64,000 bases of DNA from Candidatus Latescibacterota bacterium. GTDB taxonomy: Bacteria; Latescibacterota; UBA2968; UBA8231. A program made the position numbers and the translations under genes. The stretch covers positions 1,568,001-1,632,000 of the forward strand of contig CBDAOB010000005.1 in the NCBI GenBank assembly GCA_965197905.1, given 5' to 3'. The notes below the pieces were generated by a model. That model saw only the letters and a list, made by a program, of their open reading frames with translations. It searched no databases and was not told the origin of the DNA. Below, piece after piece: positions 31,102 to 39,765 of the stretch (positions within the stretch are counted from its first letter, which is position 1; each line of letters begins with the position of its first letter).

Positions 31102-31997
31102 TCTGTCAGTGTTTGAATGATTCTCTCGTAGCCTGCGTAGCGCGCGGAAGAGATTCGGTTTTCCTCAACGGCAATCCGGATGACGCATCCGGGTTCGCTC
31201 AAATGCAGACAGTTCCGAAATCGGCACTGCTGCAACAGCGGCGCCATCTCAACAAAATAGTCTGCCAACGTCGCGCGTGAAACGTCCCACAAGCCGAGCT
31301 CCTTGAGACCGGGAGTGTCAGCCACCATGCCACCACTGTTGAGCTTGTAGAGATGCGCGGCGGTAGTGGTGTGTTTGCCCCGATTGTGTTTTTTCATGGT
31401 GGTATCGGTCTTGATGGAAAGGCCAGGCTGAAGCCTGTTCAACAGAGAGGATTTTCCGACCCCGGATTGGCCCACGAAGGCGGTGACTCGATCTGTCAAG
31501 TCGCTCCTCAGCGCTTCGATGCCTGTCCCCGTTCTGGCGCTGGTGAGATGAACCCGATATCCGAGGTCGCGATAGGTTCGCTCCAGCGATTCGCTTTCTC
31601 CATCGGCTAAAAGGTCGTGTTTGTTGATACAGATGGCGGGCCGAATGTTGCCTTTGAGCGCCATGACAATGGCGCGATCGATGAATCCAACCCTGGGAGA
31701 TGGATTGTGTAGCGACACTATGGCCACCAATGTGTCGATGTTCGCGGCCAGCAACTGTTCACTGGGGCGCGAACCTGATGATAACCGCGAGAACAGAGAA
31801 TGGCGGGGATAGACCGCTTCGACAACTCCGACTTTTTCGGACACCGCAGCCACTTCCACCAAGTCCCCCGTGACGACCGGAGCGTTTGTCACGCGGGTCC
31901 CAAGCTTCAATTTTCCGCGTAACTCACACTGCCATTCTTCAGGTCCCACATCGACCAGACACTGCAGGCCGGATACCCGCAGGACACGCCCCCGCAT
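31098..31997 (-). CDS. rsgA: Ribosome small subunit-dependent GTPase A
   Basis: NKHD, GQSGVGKSSLLN, RGKHTTT, DTPG, CRFRNCLHLSEPGC. Confidence 0.95.
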   Translation of the reverse strand: MRGRVLRVSGLQCLVDVGPEEWQCELRGKLKLGTRVTNAPVVTGDLVEVAAVSEKVGVVEAVYPRHSLFSRLSSGSRPSEQLLAANIDTLVAIVSLHNPSPRVGFIDRAIVMALKGNIRPAICINKHDLLADGESESLERTYRDLGYRVHLTSARTGTGIEALRSDLTDRVTAFVGQSGVGKSSLLNRLQPGLSIKTDTTMKKHNRGKHTTTAAHLYKLNSGGMVADTPGLKELGLWDVSRATLADYFVEMAPLLQQCRFRNCLHLSEPGCVIRIAVEENRISSARYAGYERIIQTLTE

Positions 31998-32002
31998 CGC
32001 TG

Positions 32003-32725
32003 CTATTCACCGCGGGCGAGTCGATCGGCCAGGTAGTCGGGCCATCCCGCTTCGAGCATCTTCTTTTGAGTTTGCGCAAAGGGATATTCGACTCGGTGGA
32101 TCTGAACATGTCCTTCGTTCACTTCCCACATGGCAAAAGAAGCGCGGCGATCCCCGTCCCGCGGTTGCCCGACACTCCCTGGATTGATCAGACACTTGTG
32201 CTGGCCAACAGCGACAACGCTGGATGTCAACGGCAGCATTTGGCCGTTCATTTGGCAGTAGATGCCGGGAAAATGCGTATGACCAAAGAATCCGATAGGC
32301 CAATCGAGCCTCTGCATACACCATTTGATCTCCTCGTAAAGGAAGAGATGGGACCATTCCTCAGGTCTTATGGGATTGGCGTGCGCGAAGACGGCCCCGT
32401 AGGCGCTCCGCCTATATGCTAGATCGGAGAGGTATGAGAGGTCATCAGGACCCATACGGTCCATTGACAACAAGATAGATTCCCGGGCGAGCGAATTGAA
32501 CGCGCGGAGCTGGTTCAGTTCCAGAATGGCGCTATCGTGATTCCCAAGAACGGTCACCGCATCCACTTCGACGAGGCGATGGATACACGCTGTCGCGTCG
32601 ACGCCGTATCCGACAATGTCGCCCAAGCAGACGTAACGCTCTGCGCCTTCCTTGTCGGCGTGAATCAAGACCGCCTCCAGCGCCTCCAGGTTGGCATGTA
32701 TGTCGGCGAGCACCGCAATCTTCAT
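32003..32725 (-). CDS. Metallophosphoesterase (calcineurin-like)
   Basis: DIHAN, LGDIVGYG, GNHD, GHTH, NPGSVGQPRDGD. Confidence 0.92.
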   Translation of the reverse strand: MKIAVLADIHANLEALEAVLIHADKEGAERYVCLGDIVGYGVDATACIHRLVEVDAVTVLGNHDSAILELNQLRAFNSLARESILLSMDRMGPDDLSYLSDLAYRRSAYGAVFAHANPIRPEEWSHLFLYEEIKWCMQRLDWPIGFFGHTHFPGIYCQMNGQMLPLTSSVVAVGQHKCLINPGSVGQPRDGDRRASFAMWEVNEGHVQIHRVEYPFAQTQKKMLEAGWPDYLADRLARGE

Positions 32726-32738
32726 TGAAATCGCCGCA

Positions 32739-33701
32739 TTACCCGGTGGGTTTGTCTTCGACGGTTACCTTTCCTGGCTTGTTGCCTCCGCCCTTGCCCG
32801 GAGTCTTGGGTGAGCCGGACCGCTTCTTCCGTTTCGGTTTGGGTTTTGGTTTGGATTTCGCAGCTTCGAGATTTTCGTACACAAGCTTTATGATTTCCTT
32901 GCGCCGCTCATTTTCGTAGGGAGTGAATCTCATGCGAACGATCGTGCTGTCCTGTTCTTCCACCTTCTGCAGCTCTGTGACCTCAGCGATAAATCCGTTC
33001 AAGTCGATAGGTAGCGACTCACCATCCCCTGAGATACTGATATAGTCGGTCGCATCCACATCGATCGGCCCTCGGACCAAGAGTGCAGCCCCTCCGGCGC
33101 TCACGTCAATGATCTGGGCGTTTACCGGAACGAGATCGGCACAAAGTTCCGAGATCAACGCATTGAACTTCTCGTCCCCTTCTTGGGGTGGATCGTGCAG
33201 CCCATCGCGAAGGGAGTCTTTAGAAACCACGAACGACTGTACGGGAAGCGAACAGGGGGCCCTAAGGTGTTGCCTCCGCTCTTCATTCTTTTTTCGCGGC
33301 TCGACGGCTGCTGCGGTAAGCAGCTTGTCGCGAATCGTTCCGACGATCGCTATTTCCAGCTCCGTCAAGTCACCCCGGTCCATCGACTGAGCTACGCAGC
33401 GTTCAAACACTTGAATCGAGCCGAGGGCTTGAGCAGGCCGCTTTATCTTGGATTTGCGCACAACGGTGGACATGATGTCGATCTCCCTGTGCTTCAACCC
33501 CCTGGCGAGGGCTATCTTGCGAAAGGTTTGCCAGGAAGATTTGCGTAGCTGGCGCCGCTCGGCGATCTTCCCGAATCCTCGAAAGATCAGCAGGGCTACG
33601 GAAAGTAGGGCTATAGCGACGCCGAAGTAGTACACCATTTTCATATCGGGACCGCCGAATCCCAGGTAGTTTCCGGAAGATGCCGCTAACATGGTGAACA
33701 C
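32739..33701 (-). CDS. Membrane-anchored PilZ-domain protein
   Basis: N-terminal TM; PilZ motifs ERRQHLR (RxxxR) and DVSAGG (DxSxxG). Confidence 0.7.
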   Translation of the reverse strand: MFTMLAASSGNYLGFGGPDMKMVYYFGVAIALLSVALLIFRGFGKIAERRQLRKSSWQTFRKIALARGLKHREIDIMSTVVRKSKIKRPAQALGSIQVFERCVAQSMDRGDLTELEIAIVGTIRDKLLTAAAVEPRKKNEERRQHLRAPCSLPVQSFVVSKDSLRDGLHDPPQEGDEKFNALISELCADLVPVNAQIIDVSAGGAALLVRGPIDVDATDYISISGDGESLPIDLNGFIAEVTELQKVEEQDSTIVRMRFTPYENERRKEIIKLVYENLEAAKSKPKPKPKRKKRSGSPKTPGKGGGNKPGKVTVEDKPTG

Positions 33702-33704
33702 TCC

Positions 33705-34643
33705 TCAGTTAAAAAGCGCGCTTATCGAGGTTTCCTCATAGATCGCCTTGATCGCTGCCGCGAACAAGGTGGCGACGGAACAAACTTCAATCTTGCCAGA
33801 GCTGTCGATTCGTTGGAGCGGCACGGTGTCGGTGATTGCCAGGCGTTCGATCGATGAGGCCCCGATATGGCGAATGGTTTCTCCAGCCAAGGTTCCGTGC
33901 ACACACCCGGCGAAGATCCTCCGAGCCCCGCGCGCGGCGACGGCTTCGGCCCCACGCAGGATCGACTCCCCGGTTACGACCTCGTCATCGAAGAACAGGA
34001 CATCCTTGCCGTCCACGTCGCCGATAACGCCGTGAATTGATGTATCGCCGGTGGGTCCCTGCCGACGATCGATAACCGCGAGCGGCAAACCCAGGCGCCG
34101 GGCGTAGGACTCCGAAACCTTTGCCCGACTGATATGGGGAGAAGCGACGACGCTGTTGTCCAGGTTCCGCTTGGAGTAATACTCGCAAATGGTGGGTACG
34201 CCGCTCAGCTGGTCCACGGGCACGCGACTGAAGCCCATGATCTGCGGCGAATGCAAGGTCATGGTCAGGATCCTCTGGGCTCCTGCCTCCGCAATCAGAT
34301 CTGCCATGAGGCGGCCCGATACCGAAATGCGCGGTTCGTCCTTCTTGTCCATGAGTGCGTACGGAAAATACGGCAGGACCGCAGTAATGCGCTTGGCCGA
34401 GGCGAATTTCAGGGCATCGAGGGCAATGAGCAACTCCATCAGGTGGTCGCTCACTGGAGGGCAGGAGGTCTGCACAAAGAATACATCGCAGCCGCGCACA
34501 TTTTCGCAGATTTTGACCTTGATGTTTTCATTGCTAAAGCGAACAAACTCGATCTTGCCGGGCTCGACGCCGAGGGACGAGCAAATGCCATCGGCAAGAT
34601 TAGAATTGCTCTGTCCTGCGAATACTTTCAGTGTATTACCCAT
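33705..34643 (-). CDS. prs: Ribose-phosphate pyrophosphokinase paralogue (degenerate motifs)
   Basis: FSNENIKVKI, RITAVLPYFPY, LHSPQIMGF, DDEVVTG, but with YALMDKK and SPHISR substitutions. Confidence 0.85.
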   Translation of the reverse strand: MGNTLKVFAGQSNSNLADGICSSLGVEPGKIEFVRFSNENIKVKICENVRGCDVFFVQTSCPPVSDHLMELLIALDALKFASAKRITAVLPYFPYALMDKKDEPRISVSGRLMADLIAEAGAQRILTMTLHSPQIMGFSRVPVDQLSGVPTICEYYSKRNLDNSVVASPHISRAKVSESYARRLGLPLAVIDRRQGPTGDTSIHGVIGDVDGKDVLFFDDEVVTGESILRGAEAVAARGARRIFAGCVHGTLAGETIRHIGASSIERLAITDTVPLQRIDSSGKIEVCSVATLFAAAIKAIYEETSISALFN

Positions 34644-34651
34644 GCCATCGC

Positions 34652-35314
34652 TCAAAGCATGTTGATCTCTAGCTGCGCGCGGCCGGCGACCGGTGAGTCG
34701 GCAAACTCGGTTGTGATGCGTTTCAAAACGCGCAGCTGAGAGGACTCGTCCCCCGAAATGGCGAAACACCTGGCGGCCTCCATCAGGGATAGAGAAGACT
34801 GAAAGCTTTCGGGATGATTCGCGGCGTAATCCTCGTACTTGCGCGCGGCTTCGAGAAGCTTCCCTTGGGCTTCGTAGCAGGCTGCTATTCCGCTCCAGGC
34901 GGCAAACGTCAAGATTTCGTTCTCACCAGAATCTGCGAGAAAGCGCTCGTACATCTGGAGGGCGTCGTCGTGTCGATCCTGGGTGTAATACCGATTCGCC
35001 AGTAGCAAAATCCCTTGGTCTGCCGCCGGCGTCCCTGAATACTCGTCGATCAGCTTCTCACAGAGCCTGATCGCTTCCTCGGGCTGGGCGCTGCCTTCGG
35101 CTACCAGAACATCCCCTAACAGGGTGGTGGCCTCCGCCTCCGCCTGTAGGTGTGAGGTGGTAACCAGATTTGCCACGACGACCAGGACCACGATGCCGAC
35201 AAGGCCGCCTAAAAAGAACTGGCGCTTGTCCTGGACGAATTCGACGACATCCATCAGCCATTGAACTGCCCTGTCTTCTTCGAACTCGTTCCCCGTCTTG
35301 CGTTCGTTCGGCAT
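34652..35314 (-). CDS. Membrane-anchored TPR protein (YfgM-like)
   Basis: Single TM followed by TPR helices (YSGTPAA...). Confidence 0.75.
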   Translation of the reverse strand: MPNERKTGNEFEEDRAVQWLMDVVEFVQDKRQFFLGGLVGIVVLVVVANLVTTSHLQAEAEATTLLGDVLVAEGSAQPEEAIRLCEKLIDEYSGTPAADQGILLLANRYYTQDRHDDALQMYERFLADSGENEILTFAAWSGIAACYEAQGKLLEAARKYEDYAANHPESFQSSLSLMEAARCFAISGDESSQLRVLKRITTEFADSPVAGRAQLEINML

Positions 35315-35329
35315 CCGAATACAACCTTC

Positions 35330-35851
35330 CTATTGACTGAATTCCAGTACTGATTCGATGCGGTGGTTGGGTAGCTTCTTCCTGCCGCCCAAGAACAACA
35401 GCTCAAGCAGAAAGCTGAGCCCCACTATTTCGCCACCTAAAATATCTGTCAGTTTGCAGGTGGCTCGCATCGTACCTCCCGTCGCGAGAACATCGTCGAC
35501 AATCAGCACCCGATCACCCTCTTCGATAGCGTCCCGATGCATTTCGACGGTGTTCGTGCCATACTCCAGCTCATACGACTCCTTCACGGTCTCGGCGGGT
35601 AACTTGCCCTCCTTGCGTACTGGAACGAAACCGCAATTCAACTCTAACGCGATCGGCGCACCCAATATGAAGCCCCTTGCTTCGATACCCAGCACCTTCT
35701 GGATGGCGGAGTTGCCGAAAGGTTGAGCCATCAACCTAACCACCTCCGCCAACGCCGGAGCATCGGCCAAAAGGGTGGTAATATCCTTGAACGAAATGCC
35801 AGGTTCCGGAAAATCTGGAACCTCGCGAACCAGTTTCATCAAGTGCTCCAA
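35330..35851 (-). CDS. apt: Adenine phosphoribosyltransferase
   Basis: VPDFPEPGISFKDIT, EARGF, VRKEGKLP, YELEYG, VDDVLATGGT. Confidence 0.97.
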   Translation of the reverse strand: MEHLMKLVREVPDFPEPGISFKDITTLLADAPALAEVVRLMAQPFGNSAIQKVLGIEARGFILGAPIALELNCGFVPVRKEGKLPAETVKESYELEYGTNTVEMHRDAIEEGDRVLIVDDVLATGGTMRATCKLTDILGGEIVGLSFLLELLFLGGRKKLPNHRIESVLEFSQ

Positions 35852-35862
35852 CAGCTTCTCTC

Positions 35863-36152
35863 CTAATGAATTACGAACTCACCAAGATCAGAATCAGGGA
35901 GGATACTTGGTTGGATGTCGCAACGAGCCACGCGGCTCAAGGGAGGACCGCATCGCAGTTGCTCCAAAAATAGCTCCATGGAACCAGGCTTACCAGCCGC
36001 GATTACTTCGACCGCGCCGTCCTGGAGATTCCGCACGTAACCGCAGATGGAATGGTTTGTTGCAGCGTTTAGCGTGAAATATCGAAAACCAACTCCCACA
36101 CGCGTCCGGAAAGGACAATCTGCTTAGTGACGTTGTGTGTTGTGTTATTCAT
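35863..36152 (-). pseudogene. acyP: Acylphosphatase with 1-nt frameshift
   Basis: ATG 36152 MNNTTHNVTKQIVLSGRV, then a frame change to GVGFRYF...GYVRNLQDGAVEV. One base is missing in the GRVQGVGFR motif (~36097). Confidence 0.8.
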
Positions 36153-36309
36153 CTTGTTTGGTGGTGATTTGGGAGTCTAAGTGTAATGATAGGTGAGGGT
36201 TGCAGGAGTGTCAATTTGTTGGTGTGTTACATATTGATCATTATGCGACATTTTCGCATAGTCAAACCTTCGACAAAACCACCTTTTGACAGTCAACTGT
36301 ATCAATCGG

Positions 36310-36471
36310 TCAAAAAAGAGCGTAAATAAATGGGGCTGCCGCCGAACCTTCGGTGAGCACAATCAACATACCTAAAAGTACTAGTGTGGCTATGATCGGT
36401 GCCAACCACCACTTCTTACGTACCCGCATGAAGTGCCACAACTCGACAAAGATTAACAGCTTACTGGGCAT
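36310..36471 (-). CDS. DUF5989 (SxtK-like) small membrane protein, 53 aa
   Basis: Manual translation: MPSKLLIFVELWHFMRVRKKWWLAPIIATLVLLGMLIVLTEGSAAAPFIYALF, with the RKKWWLAP...APFIY signature. Confidence 0.85.
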   Translation of the reverse strand: MPSKLLIFVELWHFMRVRKKWWLAPIIATLVLLGMLIVLTEGSAAAPFIYALF

Positions 36472-36479
36472 TTTATCCG

Positions 36480-37418
36480 CTACAACAGTCGGCTCACTGA
36501 CTCACCGTGATGAATCGCTTTTATGGCATCGCCGAACAAACGGGCCACGGAAATGATTTCCAGCTTGTCTCTAGGTTGGTTGGCGGGAATCGGTATAGTG
36601 TTTGTCGTTACAAATGTCTCGACGTCGGAGGATTCGATTTGCTCTAGGGCGTTCCCAGAAAAGATTCCGTGGGTGCAGCCAGCAACGACACGCCTGGCTC
36701 CCTTGCTCTTTAGGATCTTGACCGCTTCGATCATCGATCCGCCCGTCAACACCTCATCGTCGAAAAGCAGCACATTCTTGCCCTCAATATCCCCGATAAT
36801 GTTCAAGATCTCCGCTTTCTCTTCATCACCGTGTCGGCGCTTGTCCATAATCGCCAGCGGCAGGTTCAAATTGTTGGCGTACGTGCTCGCCTCATCGGCG
36901 CTTCCAACGTCAGGAGAAACCACAACGGAATTGCCTAAGTCCTTCAGCCTGAAGTGATTACATAGGAGGCTCGTAGCCCAGAGCTGGTCTACAGGTATGC
37001 GGGAGAAGGCGGCAATCTGCGGCGCATGGAGCGTCATCGTGAGGATTCTGTCGGCTCCGGCTGTTTCCAGAAGATCGGCCGCCAAGCGGGCAGTGATCGA
37101 AATTCTCGGTTCGTCTTTCTTGTCAGATCGGACATACGGATAGTACGGCAGGACAGCGGTAATGCGCCGCGCTGAGGAATATTTCAGCGCATCTACAATG
37201 AGAAGCAGCTCAATGAAGTGGTCGTTTACAGGAGAACAAGAGGTTTGAATCACGAAGACATCGTCCTCTCTGACGTTTTCGTTGATTTTGACCTTGATAT
37301 TGTCGTTCGCTTCGCGATTGATAGCGATGCGGCCCGGACTCATGTCCAGATAGCCGCAAATTTCGTCGGCTAAGTCAGGATTGCTGTTGCCGGTTATGAT
37401 TTTGAGGTAATTCTTCAT
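36480..37418 (-). CDS. prs: Ribose-phosphate pyrophosphokinase
   Basis: PYYPYVRSDKKD, LHAPQI, SPDVG, DKRR, DDEVLTGGS. Confidence 0.92.
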   Translation of the reverse strand: MKNYLKIITGNSNPDLADEICGYLDMSPGRIAINREANDNIKVKINENVREDDVFVIQTSCSPVNDHFIELLLIVDALKYSSARRITAVLPYYPYVRSDKKDEPRISITARLAADLLETAGADRILTMTLHAPQIAAFSRIPVDQLWATSLLCNHFRLKDLGNSVVVSPDVGSADEASTYANNLNLPLAIMDKRRHGDEEKAEILNIIGDIEGKNVLLFDDEVLTGGSMIEAVKILKSKGARRVVAGCTHGIFSGNALEQIESSDVETFVTTNTIPIPANQPRDKLEIISVARLFGDAIKAIHHGESVSRLL

Positions 37419-37527
37419 CGACTGTAAAGAAATCGGTTGCTGGATCTAAAATAGAAAGAATGGGCAGCAAAGCCCGTTGGCAAGGGTCGGCGGATTAACG
37501 GGCGGTGCTTGACATGCTATTTTCTTC

Positions 37528-37842
37528 GTGCCACCTTCCCTGTCCTCCTGTAAAACACGGACCGTTCCCACACGGAAGTCTCGCTTGCCCAGAGTAAATG
37601 TCGTTTTACCCCAGAAGATGCTTGATGAGCTCGACGAGGTTGTCCGTCGCGAAGGCCTGAATCGGAGCAAGCTGTTGCGTAGCGCCGTCGAGCTTTTCTT
37701 TCGTCACCGATTGGAGGAATCCGAGCGCAAGCATCGACAGGCGGATATCCGACAAGGGATCCAGATTCAAGACGAATTGAGGGGAGAAGGCGACTCCTGG
37801 GATGCGTTGAGAGCACTGCGGGACGGCCGCGAAAATTCGTGA
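37528..37842 (+). CDS. CopG/ribbon-helix-helix antitoxin (VapB-like)
   Basis: RVNVVLPQKMLDELDEVVRREGLNRSKLLRSAV; overlaps the PIN gene by 4 bp. Confidence 0.75.
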   Translation: MPPSLSSCKTRTVPTRKSRLPRVNVVLPQKMLDELDEVVRREGLNRSKLLRSAVELFFRHRLEESERKHRQADIRQGIQIQDELRGEGDSWDALRALRDGRENS

Positions 37843-38267
37843 TGTTGTACGCCCTGGATACTTCGGTGATGTTGCATTGGTTCAGCGATTCAAACGATGC
37901 CGATACCGCGCTTTCCCTGCGACTGCGGGAGGAGCACCTCAACGAGTCGGTCCAGTTACAGGTCCTCGATCAGTCCATCTACGAGCTGATGCATGTGCTG
38001 AAGGAGAATCCAAAGTTCAACCAGGGCAATATAACCAGTGCCCTCGACAGTCTCGAGTACATGCATATTGGCGTCGTGCCCTACAGCCACGAACTCGCCC
38101 GACATTCTGCTCAAATTGCGACGGAACACGACATAAGCATCTACGCATCCTGCTTTGTCGCCCTCGGAACCCATTTACGGTGCCAGGCGATAACCAGCGA
38201 CGAGCGGCTGTACCAGAAGGTGGCATCGAATCCGTGGACGATCCTGCTTGCCAATCTAGCTTTTTGA
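37839..38267 (+). CDS. PIN-domain (VapC-like) protein
   Basis: ALDTSV...YEL...ITSDERL PIN pattern. Confidence 0.8.
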   Translation: MMLYALDTSVMLHWFSDSNDADTALSLRLREEHLNESVQLQVLDQSIYELMHVLKENPKFNQGNITSALDSLEYMHIGVVPYSHELARHSAQIATEHDISIYASCFVALGTHLRCQAITSDERLYQKVASNPWTILLANLAF

Positions 38268-39617
38268 GAGCGGTTCGTTGAGTTTTTTCTCCACTGCACT
38301 CAGCACGGCCGCCCTCACCTTCTCATAGTCGGCTTCGATTTCAATGGGACCGTTGGCGTGCCCCGACGTTACCAGAAATTCATCAAGGTCGCGAGCGTGG
38401 TACCTTGATTTAAAATCGGTGAATTTGAGCCCGTGCGCCGTTGAGATCACCACAACCTTGCTTTCCGCGGCAATCACACCGGTTTTCAACAGCCTGTTGA
38501 GCACCGCTAGCGCGACCCCGGTGTGGGGGCACGTGAAGAGGCCCGTACGATCTGCCAGCGCCGACGTATTGGCGAGCTCATCCTCGGTCGCCTGGTCGAC
38601 TACACCTTCGAATTCCCGCAGGGTCCGGATGGCCCGCTGCCAGCTCACCGGAGCCCCTATCTGAATGGCGCTCGCCAACGTGGTGCGAGCGGTTTGCGGT
38701 TCGAACGATTCGAAATTTCTCAGAAAGCTCTCGTATAGTGGGTTGGCGTTGGCTGCCTGCGCTACGGCTATTCTCGGCAGGCTGTTGATGAGGCCGATCT
38801 CTTTCATCTCCAGGAACCCCTTCCCCAACGCGCTGACGTTGCCCAGGTTACCACCTGGAATGACAATCCAATCAGGCACTATCCAATCGTCCTGCTGAAG
38901 CAATTCGATCGATACCGTCTTTTGGCCCTCCATACGCAGGGAGTTCATGGAATTCGCGAGATAGATATTCTCTCGATGGCTCAACTCGTTTACCAATGCC
39001 ATACAACCGTCGAAATCGGAGTCGATCGAGACGGTGACAGCACCGTTGGCGATCGGCTGGATAAGCTGGTGGGCCGTAACCTTTTTCTTGGGCAGGAATA
39101 CGATCGCGGGTATATCGGCGGCGGCGCAGTACGCGGCGAGGGCGGCAGAAGTGTCGCCCGTGGAAGCGCAAGCCACCCCTGGAATCTGCTGGCCGTCCGC
39201 GATCATCTGGTTGACCATGGATACAAGCACCGTCATGCCCAGGTCTTTGAACGACCCCGTGTGACTGTTGCCGCACTGCTTTACCCACAGGTCCTCGACG
39301 CCCAGCATCTTGCCCAGTCGTTCCGCCCAAAAGAGATTGCTTCCGCCCTCGTACATCGACACGACGTTCTCGTCGTCGACAGTCGGGCAAACGAGCTCTT
39401 TCTTGCCCCACACGGAGCTGCCGTAGGGAAACGCTGTGCTCATATAACGCTGATCGAACAATTTGATCCATCCATATGGGGAGCGACTTCGTAGAGCATC
39501 CAGGTCGTGCCGAACCTCCAACAAGCCGCCGCATTTCCGGCACTCGTAGACCACTTCGTTAAGCGGGTAACACTGATCTTCGCAGTGGATGCACTGGAAC
39601 CATGCCCGATAGTTCAT
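38256..39617 (-). CDS. thrC: Threonine synthase
   Basis: HTGSFKDLGM (PLP Lys), CASTGDTSAALAAY, PGGNLGN, STAHGLKF. Confidence 0.95.
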   Translation of the reverse strand: MNYRAWFQCIHCEDQCYPLNEVVYECRKCGGLLEVRHDLDALRSRSPYGWIKLFDQRYMSTAFPYGSSVWGKKELVCPTVDDENVVSMYEGGSNLFWAERLGKMLGVEDLWVKQCGNSHTGSFKDLGMTVLVSMVNQMIADGQQIPGVACASTGDTSAALAAYCAAADIPAIVFLPKKKVTAHQLIQPIANGAVTVSIDSDFDGCMALVNELSHRENIYLANSMNSLRMEGQKTVSIELLQQDDWIVPDWIVIPGGNLGNVSALGKGFLEMKEIGLINSLPRIAVAQAANANPLYESFLRNFESFEPQTARTTLASAIQIGAPVSWQRAIRTLREFEGVVDQATEDELANTSALADRTGLFTCPHTGVALAVLNRLLKTGVIAAESKVVVISTAHGLKFTDFKSRYHARDLDEFLVTSGHANGPIEIEADYEKVRAAVLSAVEKKLNEPLSKS

Positions 39618-39714
39618 AGGGAATTCCCTTGGTGGCGGAAGCAGGATAACGGCACGGGGAGTTATGGAAAGTTATCGAGGCAGCTACACGGCGGCAAGCG
39701 CACACATGAGGTGC

Positions 39715-39745
39715 AAAAAAATGAGGACCCCGAAGGGTCCTCATT
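39715..39745 (-). terminator. Intrinsic terminator after acidic protein gene
   Basis: Minus strand ATGAGGACCC-TTCG-GGGTCCTCAT followed by a T-run (cUUCGg loop). Confidence 0.85.
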
Positions 39746-39765
39746 GGGAGAATAACTTGTTGCGG

